Position numbers and translations under genes: made by a program. Positions 21,514 to 35,190 of a stretch of 64,000 nt of DNA are shown piece after piece (position 1 is the stretch's first letter; every line of letters begins with the position of its first letter). A model generated the notes under the pieces. That model saw nothing but the letters and a program-made list of their open reading frames with translations. It was not told the origin of the DNA and made no database searches. The DNA is from Catajapyx aquilonaris (taxonomy: Eukaryota): assembly GCA_000934665.2 (NCBI GenBank), contig KZ538426.1:1-64000 (forward strand). Reading direction: 5' to 3'.

Positions 21514-24500
21514 GTCAGTAACTAACAAGCATGTCTGCATGATTTGGGGGGGAATGTTCCCCATTGTTGGTGGAACAATGTGTGGTGATATTTTCCCAAG
21601 TGCGTTGGGGTGCCATCCAATTATCAATCAATCAATCCGTACTCGAGAACCCTTGCGGGGACATGGTTTCAAACAGGTTAACGGGGATTGATATAATTTA
21701 TGCTACCAATTACCTATCACAACTGGTAATAAGAACCCGATACACACTTTACAGTTTGCCAAACTATGTGTCTTTTCGAAGGCCAACCTGTCAATTCATT
21801 ACATCTAATGCAGTATTCAAATCGAGGCAGGTTGATTCATGTACATTTGACAAGTGGAATTAAACATGCTTCATTAGTAGTGTCAATTGCTATGTCGGTT
21901 TGGTAATGTGGCATGTCCAACAAAAAAATGCTAAGTTTTCAATTGGTTAGTGAAACGCAGTACTGTAAGACATATGACGCAGAAGGAAGTTTTAATATGC
22001 GCTATATTTCCGGGTACTGTTGCCGGTATGTGTTTATCTCAACTCCCATAAAAGGCATCAATGTCTTTCGATTAAACGGACCTTCAAAAACACATTGTTA
22101 CATTTGACTCCCGGGTGTTGCCTTGATTATCCGGCTCTTTGGTGGAAATCCGCGCATATTGCACAACCCTGCAACTTTCCCAATTATTTCTAGGCAAAAT
22201 ATCTGACGTTATAATTACCCGACATAACCTCGTATAGATTATGTTGAGCAAAATTTTTTCGCCAAACTGATTGATTGGGCGCGCGCAATTGGAACCTGTC
22301 AGAAGGGTGGTTTCCAGTAGTTTGAACCTGCTGCTTGAACCTTGGGCTCCTAAGTTTGCGCTTGTTGGGGGGAAATTCCCCCGAGTAAACATGCGAGAGT
22401 TTACGCTGAAGGCCGCGAATGTGAAGTTGCATGCCGTGAGATATTAAGCGGCCGGTAAACATCAAAACTGCGACGAGGCAAAAGACTCTTTTCGGCTTTT
22501 TCCTAGCTGAGTTTTTTTTAAATCCCTTAACCACAACCCCAACCATTTTATATAGCCAGGGTTCTCTTTTATGTACATGTATATAGCTGTTCGGTCCAAA
22601 AAAAAATAGCTAGCCCGCAATGAAACACCGGATAAAAAGCTGACATCCGCACTTCACTAAGTAGTGAAAGCTGCTAGTCCAAATGATGGAAGTTGTGCAG
22701 ATTTAACTGGGGGAAAAAGAACGTTGTTTTAGCATGCGTAGGTGTCAATAAAATGAGCCATTTTCGTGGATGTATACAAAGGTGGGAGCGGCCCTAAGGG
22801 CAAAGCAGCTAGTTGATCATGGTGCCCAAACACTGATAAGGACAGCGCCAACCTGCCAAAACTGCTCCCTAGGTGGAGCCGTTCAAAATGACCTTATCGC
22901 CGGTCTGCAAGAGGTCACAACCAGGGTTTTAATCCGGTTTATGCCCAATTGAAGCATCACCCAGCATCACACTAACTTTCGATTCAAACTCTTTACCGTC
23001 TCTGATTGTTATTTTAAAAAAATTTTAAACGAGGGGGTGTTTTGTCTGGTAAATAACTTCAGACTTGTCACAGCTTACCGTCAGTCCCAGTTCGATAATT
23101 TGTCAGCTCTGTCTTGTTGTAAAGAACTTTCCATGCCCATTTCCTAGAAGTTAATTTTTATAATTTCAGCAGAATCATAAAAAGTATGTGTGTCATGCCG
23201 AGTGCCGTCACATGGTATAGCTGTAGTAAATTCACATATGTGCCAGTAGAACGGTCACAATTCGAATTGCTAGTGGACCAGATTTGTGGAACATATTTCT
23301 TCATAATTTATATTTGCCACGAATTTAGTGCCTCTTTCATATGAATATTTTAATGGACATAATGAATTATAAGAAACTCTTTTAACAATAAGAGCCCAAT
23401 GTCTATAGTATAGAAGCGTTAGTCTTACACTAGTCTGACAGTGAGTTCATCTCAGCAGGAGCCAGGATGAGATGGAGAAAAATATTATCAGCCTCACGTC
23501 CGAGGAGAATTTCCTCCCTATTCCCGGTTATTCCACGATTCTATCCCTGCTGGGGGGGAAAAAAAGTCGGTCCAGAGATCTCCTTCAGCGCCAAATCGCA
23601 TTGCGGGAAACTCGATCCTGGATTTCCGTCTGCAATCTGAATATAGTGTTGGGGGGGTCCTGCTTGGATGCTGGGAGAGATTGGGAGGGAGGATTTTATT
23701 CCATTTTACTTTCCGGTGGTGAGGGGAAATTGGAGGACTGGAGTATAAGGCAGCCCAAAGGAGCCTAACTGCATGCCTATGCGTGTAATAGCAACTGGAG
23801 TAAAAAATATTGGTATATAGAGGTCAGGCAGCAGTTTGTGGCAGAGGAGGAAATGAAGAATTGATTCGAATGTGGGAAGGCGATTGGGCAGAATTGGGCG
23901 CCGTTCAATACCGAACAAGCCAATGGGAAGAAGATGGTGATTTTGGGTGGCGCAGGCGAGAAAAGGCGCCTTTAGCTGCTGGGGCCTCTCTCACATACCA
24001 GCAGCAATGTTTTGGACCGACCGGAAAAATCCGGGCTAAAAATGAGCCGGCAGCATCCAGCCGAGCAGACACAACGAAGTATGATAATCAGATGATCAGG
24101 AGGAGAGCGGCGGGCATATGTGCCCATAAGTGCTGCTCTCATCCCCGTAAAAGCAGAAAATTGCAATCCATCAGCGCCCCTCCCCAAGTTGACGGTCCCC
24201 GCGACTTATTTCGGAATTAATCAACTCCGTAAGTAGATTAACTTCTCATCAAACTATCAAACTTTGAATTATCGATTGATGGCTTCACTAATCAGTTTCC
24301 AATCTTCGCGCCCACATGAACACGATGGAGATGAAATGATGTTATCTTAAAACCCCTGGTTGGACGCCCAAGGTGACTGTTGCACCAACTGCGATTAATA
24401 TCCCAAATGGACACTTAAGCCGTGTACCTACTGTCCAGTTCTAATTAGCAGTAGTGCACGTCCGAATTAGCCGGTATTAAGAAGTGACCATGGCAGGTCT

Positions 24501-27500
24501 TGGGGGGGTATGCAGAGTATCCTTCCATTAATTGAAGTGCAATTTAGTAGATGCGAGGGTAAGCTTAGGGTAAGCTCCAGGGGAGAGAGGGGTTACCTGG
24601 TCAGTTGTGTTGGCGCAAAAGTGGGGATGGGATTGATCTCTGCAAAATTTTTGCCAGGCTCACTTACATATCCCCTCCCCTATCCCCTCTCCTGTACCTA
24701 TATCCCTTTGCTGGCTAATCGCCCTCCAACGCCAGATGAAATGAAAGTTGTGCGCACAGGACCCCCCAGGCCAAATTTTTTGGGGACGAGCCAACATCGC
24801 TCCGGATTTTCGCCCACAGGACCCTTTTTTCCGGAGGAATCACACTGCAGATGAAGTCATCAGTAAAACCATGTCTGCGTACCCCCGATCGCTCCATCCC
24901 TCCCCCAGGTCACACTTTGCAACTCAATCTAGATACAAGTTCCAGATCAGTTTTTGGCTCCAACATTCTGACCAGTGTGTAAAATGTAGGCAGAATTCAT
25001 CACCCATTTTGGGCATCGTGAATTTCACTGTGCTTTTAAATTCATGAGGTACAATATTTTGTGCCTTTTCCATAAGTGGCGGAAAATCTGGGGGTGTTTC
25101 GCTAGCTTTTGGGCAACTAGCGGCGGCCTTTCACTAATCAGGCGGCGGATGCGGATTAGGAACAATAGGTTGCATCTGAATCCGGCATCCAGCGCTGGCT
25201 TCGGTTCAATATCCCCCCCCCCCTCCCAACTGAGACCACCCTCCCACCCTGGCCTCACGTATCCTAAACCCAGCCTGGAGCTAAAATGGCAAGCTCCTGC
25301 TCCGGACACCCGTTTCCCCCCCCCGAAAAACCCGTATCCTGTCACTGCAGCAACCCGCATGACAACCGAAACGCGTAGGTTGCGGATATGTCAGGATAAG
25401 TATGCATAATGAGTGAGGGGGGGTGTGTGGGTGGGTGGGTTAGGAGAATGTGATAGCACTAGGAGGAGCAGCTAGCCCTAAAGTTGAAAATGCTGTTGGC
25501 GGTCAATGCAACGGGGATCAGATAACAAGAGTCAAAAGAGCGGGGGGGTATAGTGGGGGATGGAGAGGCAAAAGAGGGGGTGGAAAACCACTCCCATCAG
25601 CCCTCTTAAGTAAGATGGTCGGTTACCGGCACGCTTCGGGCCCCGGATTCTCTTGTTATTCCTAGCCCCTCCATCCGGGGGCTTCCCGGATGGAGCTTGT
25701 TTTCCATCCAGTCAAACTCCCAGGGTTATCAACCGGATCCCTCCTGCTGCTGCAACAAAAGAGGAGGACTAGGGAGGAGGAGGGGGGGGGGCAGCTGCTG
25801 CTTGCAATACCACAAGTACTTGGGGACATTGAGTGTGTCCGGATTTTTGGATATGTGGAGGTGTGGGAAAACCAGGGTGTATTATTAGGCGTGGAAGTGG
25901 CCTGACTGATGGTGTCAACAATGGGTCGGATCAAGTAGGGGGGGTATGAGCCCTACTTCAGAACCGTTTATACTGATGGCCTGGATGTTATCCTAAGGAC
26001 CGTCGACTGTTTGGTGGAAAGCAAATACGTGTTTTCACTGTGGTGTCACTTGGTTCCCATTAACGCAACAACGTATCAATAAACTAAAATTTCAGAAATT
26101 GTCCAGCAACCTGCATATCTTGATTAATAAGAAATTTGATATAGGACTGCAGCAAAGGCTATTCAGAGTGGGTCAACACAATAATCGCGTTTGGGTGTGG
26201 TCATTATATTAACCTCATTTGGCACAATGCGGATATTTCCGGACAAGGGAGCCCGGCTATTATGCCCCTGTGAAATGGCCAACAATGATTCACTTCACAT
26301 GTGTCTTGAATAGATTTATGAATAGTTCCCCATAATAGTCCCGGGATTGATACAAAAGAGGGGGGGCTAACATCTCACCCTGAGGGAGACGTGTTAACTT
26401 GTCAAAGCTAATTGTTCCTACCGGGATGAAATAACCCGACAATGTCTAGGGAAAACGAGAAGAGAAAAGAACCGGCGGGGGTGGTAGCAGTTACTGTATT
26501 ACAAACCTGACTTCCTCTTCCCTCCATTTTTTATCAGTTGGGAGGCAGCTCCCAATGAGACTACATGTGTCAGTTTTCCATGAAGCCAATGTCCCAGAGG
26601 CAATATGTGTAGCGTGAGTGGGTGTAGGGGGACGGCGGGAAATTTTTTTTGCAAAAAAAAAAATGGGCTGGTGGTAGGGACTTTTTTGGCGGATTTGGAG
26701 TATAGTGGATGGGAAAAGAGTGGTGGTAAAGTGTAGGGTGGGTGGGGGAGAGGGGGGGGGGTTACCTTGCACATTTTCATCAAAGGCGCAAAAGTGAGCT
26801 TTTCAGTCTGGGGGTAGAGAGAGAGCCCTGGACCTCTCCCAAAAGGGCTCGCGGACAAAATGAGCGTTCGGATTTCTGTGAAAATGACTGCTGGGGCTGG
26901 CGGGCAATCCTGATTCCGACGGATGGCAACATGATATTCGCATCCCCCTCCCCTCCCTCCTCCTCTGTGCACCCCCTTTCAAATGGGCAGTCCTAGTCGG
27001 CGCCCCCCCGCAGGCTAAACAGCTGCCTGTTCCCACACACCGCGTGCATTTGGGAAGAGAGGAGGAGAAAGGGTGTGTCCTCCCCACTTCCATCCACCCA
27101 ACCCATCCCTACTCTCCATTCCCTGCAATTCCACACATGTAACACACTCAACAATTCACTTCAGACGGGATTCATTACCGTATTCGTCTGCAATGAGCCT
27201 AAAAAAAAACTGACTTCAACTAGGCCTACAAGCAGTGAAAATGTACTACACTGAATTCCCATTTGGAATTAAATACCTACATTTTTGTCCAGAATTCGTG
27301 AACGTCCTGTATCGTAACAAAAATTGTTGAAGGTTATTCGAAAGCATGCCATCAGAAATTTCGGAACATCCTTCACATGAGTTGGAAGTGAGGTAACCCA
27401 TTTGCAATTCATCTCCTCAATTACGGCGTTTGAAAGTGGTACACCAAACAGAATTCCCAAGCTCCACATTAGCGCGTATATGCAAACCTCTCGTGCTCTA

Positions 27501-30500
27501 TATAGACACTGGATATATACGGATAGAGAGCCTTTCTTTGTTGAAACTGTTGAAAAACATGGGGGGGATGGGTTTTGCTGCCAGAAGCACGCAATGATCT
27601 TCTCACTCGATTAAACCGTTTTGCGTTTACGCAATCAATCCCAGCGGCCCAACCTGCTGAAGAAGGAGTTCTATTAACATGTAAATAGCCTCGGGACTAT
27701 TTCTTGGGCTGGCTTGGGCTGGCAGGCAGGCAGCAAGAAATGGATGATGATGCCTGCGAGAGAGAGAGTGAGGAAGAGGAGGGTTGAACGATACACTTCT
27801 ATTCAGAATAAGCGATGTTCCTAGCTCAATTCCCAGCTGTCAGACTCTTACTGAACAGTCCACAGGTATTTGCTTAAGAAGTGGAAATTACTGTCTCGAT
27901 TTTTTCCCTCATGGTTATCAATCTTGTTACGTTCCCTCTTCAACTCTGGGCATTCATCGTTGAATAGCTTATGTAGCTCACAATATATGCTGAAAAAATG
28001 TGGAACTACTTTTGCCGCAGTGCACCTTAAGCGGAGGAGTATATAAAGGCTCTTTGGAGCATATAACATAATGATATAACAATGCCGATGACTACAGGTT
28101 GAGTAATGGCAAAGCCCATGTCTCACATGGTCCAATGTGACTAATAGGTTCCCTTGTAAATCAGCAAGCGCCATCTAGCAGAAGAGAGCTCACAAAAAAG
28201 GCAGCCGAGAGGCAAAAATTGGGTCTAATTTGACAAGCGCGTGAGAGACGAGCCCAAGAGGCTAATTGCACGCGTCAGAAGAGCTTGAAATAAGGTAAGA
28301 GGCGTTTAGGCGCGAGTCGACAAGAGGTTTAATGAAATAATGAGTTTCATTGGTGGGCTTAGGAGCCACAAGCTAGTTATTTGGGGGGCGCAAAGTGTTG
28401 TTGGGGTCGGGAAATGGCCTCAGAGATTATTAAGAGGGGCTGCATGCGCGTGTGGAAAGCTGGCACAAGCAAAAGGGTGCCCCTTTCTTGGCTTGCCACA
28501 CTTTGAAAAATGACCTCCCAAATCCACAAATTGCCCTCCTGATTTTTTTGAGAGATGTTTGGCCTGTGTCGTCGGGTTATATATTTTTTAAGATTAATAT
28601 CAGTTGAAACGTAAGTAATGTTCCGGCTTGAAAATTGCATAAGTTGCATTTGTTCCGATTCAGGGTTGTATTTCAAAACGGGACATTGGTCAGGTATCCT
28701 GTATCCAAATCTGAACCGAACTACATGGTTGGAATTAATGTAAAACAATTTTAAACCACACAGTATTGGGTGCAAAGTGTGTCGGCATTTTCTGAGGCCA
28801 GAATCAGCACCCGATTTGGATTTCCTGATGACAAGAAGCTTCAAACCCCAGCTTCCATCGGCTCCTCATTCCTTTCGTTTGGAATTCCAATTGGAAATCA
28901 TTGAAAAGAACGCCCCCCAATCCCCCCTCCCTCACTCCCACCCCTCAGAATCCTCAATCCGATGTCTTTGCTTGGCTTTCCTATTTTCCATCCTATTTTT
29001 CAGAGGATGGTAGAGGGGGGATGGAAGGAAAAAAAAGTGAAGGAAGCAGAAAAAAGCTAAACTGGGGGACCAGATTGCGGCTTATCCTCCCCACCCCTCC
29101 TACCCCCTCTTTTTTTTTTCTTGAGACGAAGACGACAGATTCGCCCCAAAGCCCTGCGGCTTTTCCAAAGGAAAAGGAGAACGAAGACGGAAGAGAGAGA
29201 CAGAGCCGAGTGAGAGAAGTCCTCAAAATGGTTGCAATGGAAGCAGATCGAAATGGTGGATCCGAGTGCAATGCAGGTCGGGAAATTGAGCGAGAGAGGC
29301 GTGAAAAAGCCAATAGGGACGGCTCCAAGCAGCTGCATCGGCCTCTATCCTAACCTTGTTCCCACCGATTCTTTTTGCTATCCAGGTTCGTCTTTTTGTA
29401 TGTATAGCGTGCATATAATGGTGCCAAAAACCGGTGAAAAAACCGGGTGGATTATCATTTTTAGAAGGTACATACAGATTCCACAATGATTTATATAGAG
29501 AATGTCACACACTGGCCTTATTGACCTATGTGTTGCCTACAAGCATTTACAAACGGAAAGGCTTTTGGGATTGGCTGGACAAAAAAAAAAGTTGGTTTTG
29601 TCATATTTTTCACCCCACTTAGTTACAATGAGGGAGTGCAAATAATATCTCGTTACGCCACAAAAGACTGCAGTTAATCATTTTTCCAATTCAAAGCAGG
29701 CTTGTTGAAAAGACCAGATGAAACCACACCTTTCCACCCATAGGCGTATTGTACGGTGTTAGAATTAACACCATGAATTTTTTAAACCTCGCACACATCT
29801 GTCGGCAATCACACATATGGTCCAAGTGATATATTTCCGTATACTTTTTCTCCAGAAAGAGCACCAGCTCGATCTCATTTCTCATTTGCCACGCCCAGGA
29901 ACAAGGATCAGAACCATCTAGCGCTCTAAAAATACGAGCTGGGGATGCATATAGTTCTTTGATAACCCCTGCCGCCTAATTGTGACAAATTTTGGGCGTA
30001 GCGCGAAAAGTCCCCCGACAGTTTAAGCCCACGATTAATGACACTCTTAAGCGGCAGGTAATTATCTAGCAATCATTTTCTATGTCGTCTGGGCTTGCCC
30101 ACCTGCTCACTACATTTCCTCTGCTTCCAATGAGTGGTTCTTCACTGTACATTCCTCCCTGTTATGCAATACCACGGTAAAAGGTCAATGGCACAAAAAA
30201 ATATGCAAAAGAGTACTAATTTTCCGGGTAAAAACTATCCATCTCACGGTGTCAATTTACATTCTCGAGTTTTTCCAACAGGGCACCATCTGTAATTATT
30301 TTTTTTAGAACAATAGTTGTCAGAACTGAAATTCTCCCTATGCCTGCAGCAACAAAAACGTTTTGTTGGCCGCCTTATCGCAGTGGTTTATCTTGCTGGA
30401 GCAGCTAAAAACTTGGTGTTACCGCCGCACGGACATGGTAATAACGTCGCCCAGCTAGTGAGTGAAAAGAGACCTTTATTATTGCGTTATGAGTAACTAA

Positions 30501-31465
30501 GCGGAAATGCCCTTATTACATCAGCAGAGTGCTGGACTATATGGCACGTTTAGCTCTGCCTCAAAATAACAGCGAAGAGAAGTGTGCTGTCTGCCTTTTG
30601 AGCCAGAGACTCGTTTTCTTTGGGCACAGCTGTTTTTATTTTGAGCATGTCTTCAGTGTGGTAATGTAATCATGTGCAACTGTGTGTAAAGAACTACTCG
30701 TAAATGCTGTTGCATACAAATTTTTTATTTCAAAAATATATGACAAATTTTGTGGTTAACTAGATGCTGACCTGTTACGAAGAGCATTTTAGTTTATTAT
30801 TTATTGTTAGTGACAAAATATAATGAATGAAAAATAACTCTACTGTTGACATCACACGATATGAGACGAAAAACATATAGCCTCTTAGATATTCTCAACA
30901 TTATAATATGAGGTTACTTCCTGTGACATTTGCTGTCATGTCCCACATTAATCTCAGGTAGTCTAGCGTGCAAATAACGCAATATATCGTAGTATGAGAA
31001 AATATAACACTTTCTTCAACAGCACGCCTCCGCGGTGGCCAAATTCTTTTGACATCAGCCGTAAATTACCCGGTGCTCCTTACAGCATTTGAATTATTTA
31101 TGCCTCCTTGTAGCCCATGATCTTCATATACGTGAACATCCACATGACGTATGCCCCACCATTCTAACTATTGAGCCCAATAGCTTTCCAAGTAGGATTT
31201 CAATTTATTCGGAAAATAATATTGTAGCCTGCGACATGTGCTAAACATTATGATTGATTACAATATTTTCACGGACATACAGAACGACAATACCGGTTTT
31301 TGTCGAAGAATTGAACAAATCCTCCTAGGAATCACCAGCATCAGTCATGCTGTACCAGAAACGTAGCCTAAGAGTGGACTGTAGTGAAGAGTACAGAGCG
31401 GGTTCATTCATGGGGAGCCAAAGCCCGGGGCCTACCCGCCGGATATTTTGTCGTGCGCTGCGACG

Positions 31466-31558
31466 TATATAAAAAAAGCGAGAACCCCCCCCCCCCCTCT
31501 CTCTCTCCTCCCACTCCCTCTCTACCCTCAACATCCCCCTCCGTGGCCTCAGGTGAGG
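31466..31558 (+). promoter_or_regulatory. Candidate TATA promoter with a short pyrimidine-rich first exon
   Basis: TATATAAAAAAA at 31466, a long C/T tract downstream, and donor-like CAG|GTGAGG at 31552/31553. Confidence 0.3.
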
Positions 31559-31936
31559 CTGCCAGCTCCATTCTCTCTCGTCACCACCACACCTCACTCC
31601 TTTTCATCCGAGTGTCTCTGGAGGCTAGCCTAGAGGACATCGGTAGAGAAAGGGCCGCCTAATGACGATTACAAACCTCCCCCTCCCTCAACTTCCCTCC
31701 ACCACCTCCTCCTCCCCTCCCAACTACCCTCTCCCCCATCATCTCCCAGCCACCATTTTTAGTCGCCTGAAGAAAGAGGAAGGAAGGAGAGAGTTTAGTC
31801 TGGTTGGTCGACCGGCCCCAGCATCAGGCTCAGTCAGTCAGTCAGTCTCACCCGGTGCTCTATGGATCATCAGAATCATCCTCTGAGTCCATCCGCTACA
31901 AAGTTGCCATTAGTGGTGGTGGAGGCAGCGTGGTGT

Positions 31937-32013
31937 GCGGAAGTGACGTCAGGTCGAGGCCATCTTGGTTTGCGGGAGCCAATGGCGGTGGCGGGTTTGC
32001 CTCCGGGCGGAAG
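31937..32013. promoter_or_regulatory. CpG-rich promoter-like motif cluster: ETS-CRE composite, YY1, CCAAT, second ETS
   Basis: GCGGAAGTGACGTCA at 31937-31951, GCCATCTT at 31959-31966, AGCCAATGG at 31977-31985, CGGAAG at 32008-32013. Confidence 0.6.
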
Positions 32014-32343
32014 CGGTAGCTGCAGCGGGGCTCGATCCGATTGTGCGGTCGGTGTTTATGGAGTTCAAGGTCCCCCATATACACCACGTTTATGACGGAC
32101 TGGACCCTAGCTCGGCTGTGTATCATATGAGAGAGAGTGTGGTGACAAAATATTGCTGACATGTTGACAGTTTTGCAGGGGGAGGTTCTGCCGGGGGTGG
32201 TTCTCGCGGGATGGGACGACAGGGTGACTTTGACTGATCAGAGTGGGAATCAAGTGTGTGTTGTTTTGCGAGATTACAGGTGGAGTTATGTTTGTTGTTG
32301 AATGTCTTGTCAGGTACACTATGTGGCGGTGGTTCTCCGCGGT

Positions 32344-32357
32344 CCACTAGAGGGCCG
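32344..32357 (+). promoter_or_regulatory. CTCF-like motif
   Basis: CCACTAGAGGGCCG closely matches the CTCF core CCASYAGRKGGCRS. Confidence 0.45.
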
Positions 32358-34375
32358 CGCGGTTCCTCGCGGGGCCCTCCAGATTGACAAAAAAGTGAAA
32401 ATTTAATTCAAATGTGAATTTTACGTACAGTTCGAAAATTTGAGAGTAAGTGGCCAAAGTGAAAGTTTCAGAGACTCGGCAGTAGAGGGCCAGGCGAACT
32501 CCACGGTCACGATGAATTTAGGCACGACTGAGGCTCGACTCCCCATTATGGCCGAGTCGAGTTGATACGTCACAGTGATCGCACCTGGAGCGCGTTTAGC
32601 CCTGTAGTGTAAACTCAGTTTGTCAATATTATTTATAATGTTTATTTGTTATTAAACAAGGGTTTATAGCCTAGTGTAGCGAGTTATTTTTTGCTAGTTA
32701 ATAAAATAACCCAGTTTACAGTAAGGCTTCTGGCCTTGCTGTACAAAGTCGGCATAAAGCATGATTTGAGGATCGTACGATCTTGAATCGGGCACCCACA
32801 TCGCCAATGTAAATACACTGATTTACCTTACCATTATTTCAGCATTTTCAAAGAAATTTTAGGACTATAATGTTGTTGTAACAATATTATTATTTTGATC
32901 CGAATGAATATTACATATTACCAAGTCGTCATCAACTGCATTCATATTGGGGTTCTGCTCTGTATTGTAACTGCAGTCACATTGTGTGCACATGATTGAA
33001 TTGCAATATTTGAATACTATAGGCAGCTCGATTGATAAATGAAATCTCCTTCACTATTTCACAGCGTAGTACTACAGTATACGTAGTACACAGCTTCAAA
33101 GAATATTGTGATATTAAGGGCATGCCGTTATGGATATTTCTGGCTTGATCAACCTCTACTTGAAATGACTGTGTACGAATCATTATGTTGCCATAAAAAT
33201 TCAGGTGCAGGAAAAACTTTTCGAAATAAAATTTACTGTCCAGTAACATAACGGAGTGTCAATGCACGTTATACTATACACTAACTTTTTCCTATATGCC
33301 GAGGATGTGCTTTTGACCGATGGCACCTCCATTGCGTGCGTTAGGTTTTCGGCACTTTCTTTTCCAGACCCAGGTAGAGGGAGGGTGGCTGACGTCCAGA
33401 GGTACCTTGGCTATTAATTACCTCGCCTATCGTTCCAAATCCAAATTACTGTACAGGTTAGGAGGTTGCTTGAGAGGTGGGGGAGTGAATGGGGAGGTAT
33501 GCCCATCACTCGCGGAAGGGCCTTAGCATATAACCCATCCCACTAGACACGCACACGCCTGGCCTGAATGAGAGAGACCAAACCTCGCTTCGTCTCAGGC
33601 TTTGGATGGCTATTGAAATCAGTTTGTAACGCCAACCTGATCCTTTCACTGTACAGTACACCTGCTTGTAGTTCATATAAACTTTCATTGTGTGGTAAGC
33701 AGGAGCATGCTTCTGAGTCGATTATTATTAAACACGAACATCGAATTATTGGTAGTGATATATTGGCTGCTGCGTTTTTTAGGTCGTCGCCTTCAAGCCA
33801 AGAGATACAGCTAAAGATAAACCTTTCATACAGAGTTACCTTCCAAACCAGTTTATAAGCTATATAAACTTAGAGGTGGTTGTGATTATGTCAACAAAAC
33901 ATTTGAATGTTCCTGTGCATGATATAGGATTGTATCGAGAATAATTCAAAAGTCATCTTCGGTCAACATCGGCTTAATTCTCGTGCCCGCTCGCTTCCAC
34001 GCCACCTTTCTCCATTATGGCTTTCAAGATAATATTGTGTACTGTACTGTACAGTGTATTGTTGGATACCACCTATGTCCGACAAACTTGAGCGACAGAG
34101 GCCAGCATCCTGCAAATTATTCCAACCCCACGAATGTGAACTGCAACTCTCTTATACTGTATCATGATGTATTATAGTACATACACAGCACATTGTATAC
34201 GTCAGTATCCCCTAGATGGCCACTAAGTGCGAAGCAATAGAGAATAATAGGGGACAGTCCCCAACTTAGGACCGGCCCCAAATGGTTTTTCCTTAACGTC
34301 GATTTGTCAATGTCAATAGATTCATCAGTAAAGGGCAATTTTGTATATATTGTAAAGTGTCAGAAATTATACTTA

Positions 34376-34707
34376 CGTAACCTGCCCCCTTTTCCACCTA
34401 ATTAGGATCACCAAATATAAGTAATTATTCGGGGGGAAATAAAAACAAACTTAGGTTATAATTCATTGGAGTGATTTAGTGAAGCAAAATTATAACTGAG
34501 AACATTAAAAACCCTAGATACTGTATAAAAATGAATGGCAAAATATTGACATTATGTTCTTATGAAGGCTGCTATATTTAGTTGTAAATATAAAAACACT
34601 TCATGGGGCAAGGATCTTTTCTGTCCTGCCATTATTTAATAACACCTAAAAACTAACTACAATAATTAGCCTACGTAATAATATTAGGTGAAAAGTGGGG
34701 GAATACG
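34376..34707. mobile_element. Degenerate MITE-like element (~330 bp) with imperfect ~27-bp TIRs
   Basis: The left end TA|CGTAACCTGCCCCCTTTTCCACCTAAT resembles the reverse complement of the right end, CGTATTCCCCCACTTTTCACCTAAT. The interior is AT-rich. Confidence 0.4.
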
Positions 34708-34891
34708 TGTTTTTAAAGCATCATAGCGTCGTTTATTATTTTCCTTTTCGGAAAACACACATTTATATTTTCTAGCAATCAGTAGTGAGACACGAACTCT
34801 GACCAATGCCGAAGTTATACCAACGGCAATTATATCACATTTCGCGATAATAGAAATCAACACACCACTTCCTATATACTGCACAATGCTC

Positions 34892-35185
34892 CTCTCCGAT
34901 TCACATAAGTCTGAACCTTTTTGGATATACATACACCCGAGGCGCCGAGGGAGTGAGCCGCCGCAAAATTAGTCCCCTGTAACACTGGCGTTCTCGAAGA
35001 AGCAGTGCTGGTACATGTAATTCGAATGCCTAATTATCATGGGAAGCCCATGCGGTAGCTGCAGCGCCCTATACACAAACTGCACATTTTGTTGTGAGGA
35101 GCGGTCGTAGGCCCCGGAATGGGGGGCACTATACTTTCGGGCGTATGGATATTCAAAATGGTTCAGACTTATGTGAATCGGAGAG
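34892..35185. mobile_element. 294-bp MITE-like element with 49-bp terminal inverted repeats
   Basis: CTCTCCGATTCACATAAGTCTGAACCTTTTTGGATATACATACACCCGA (34892-34940) pairs with 35137-35185 at 45/49 positions. The right flank is TA and the left flank is TC. Confidence 0.8.
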
Positions 35186-35190
35186 TAACT

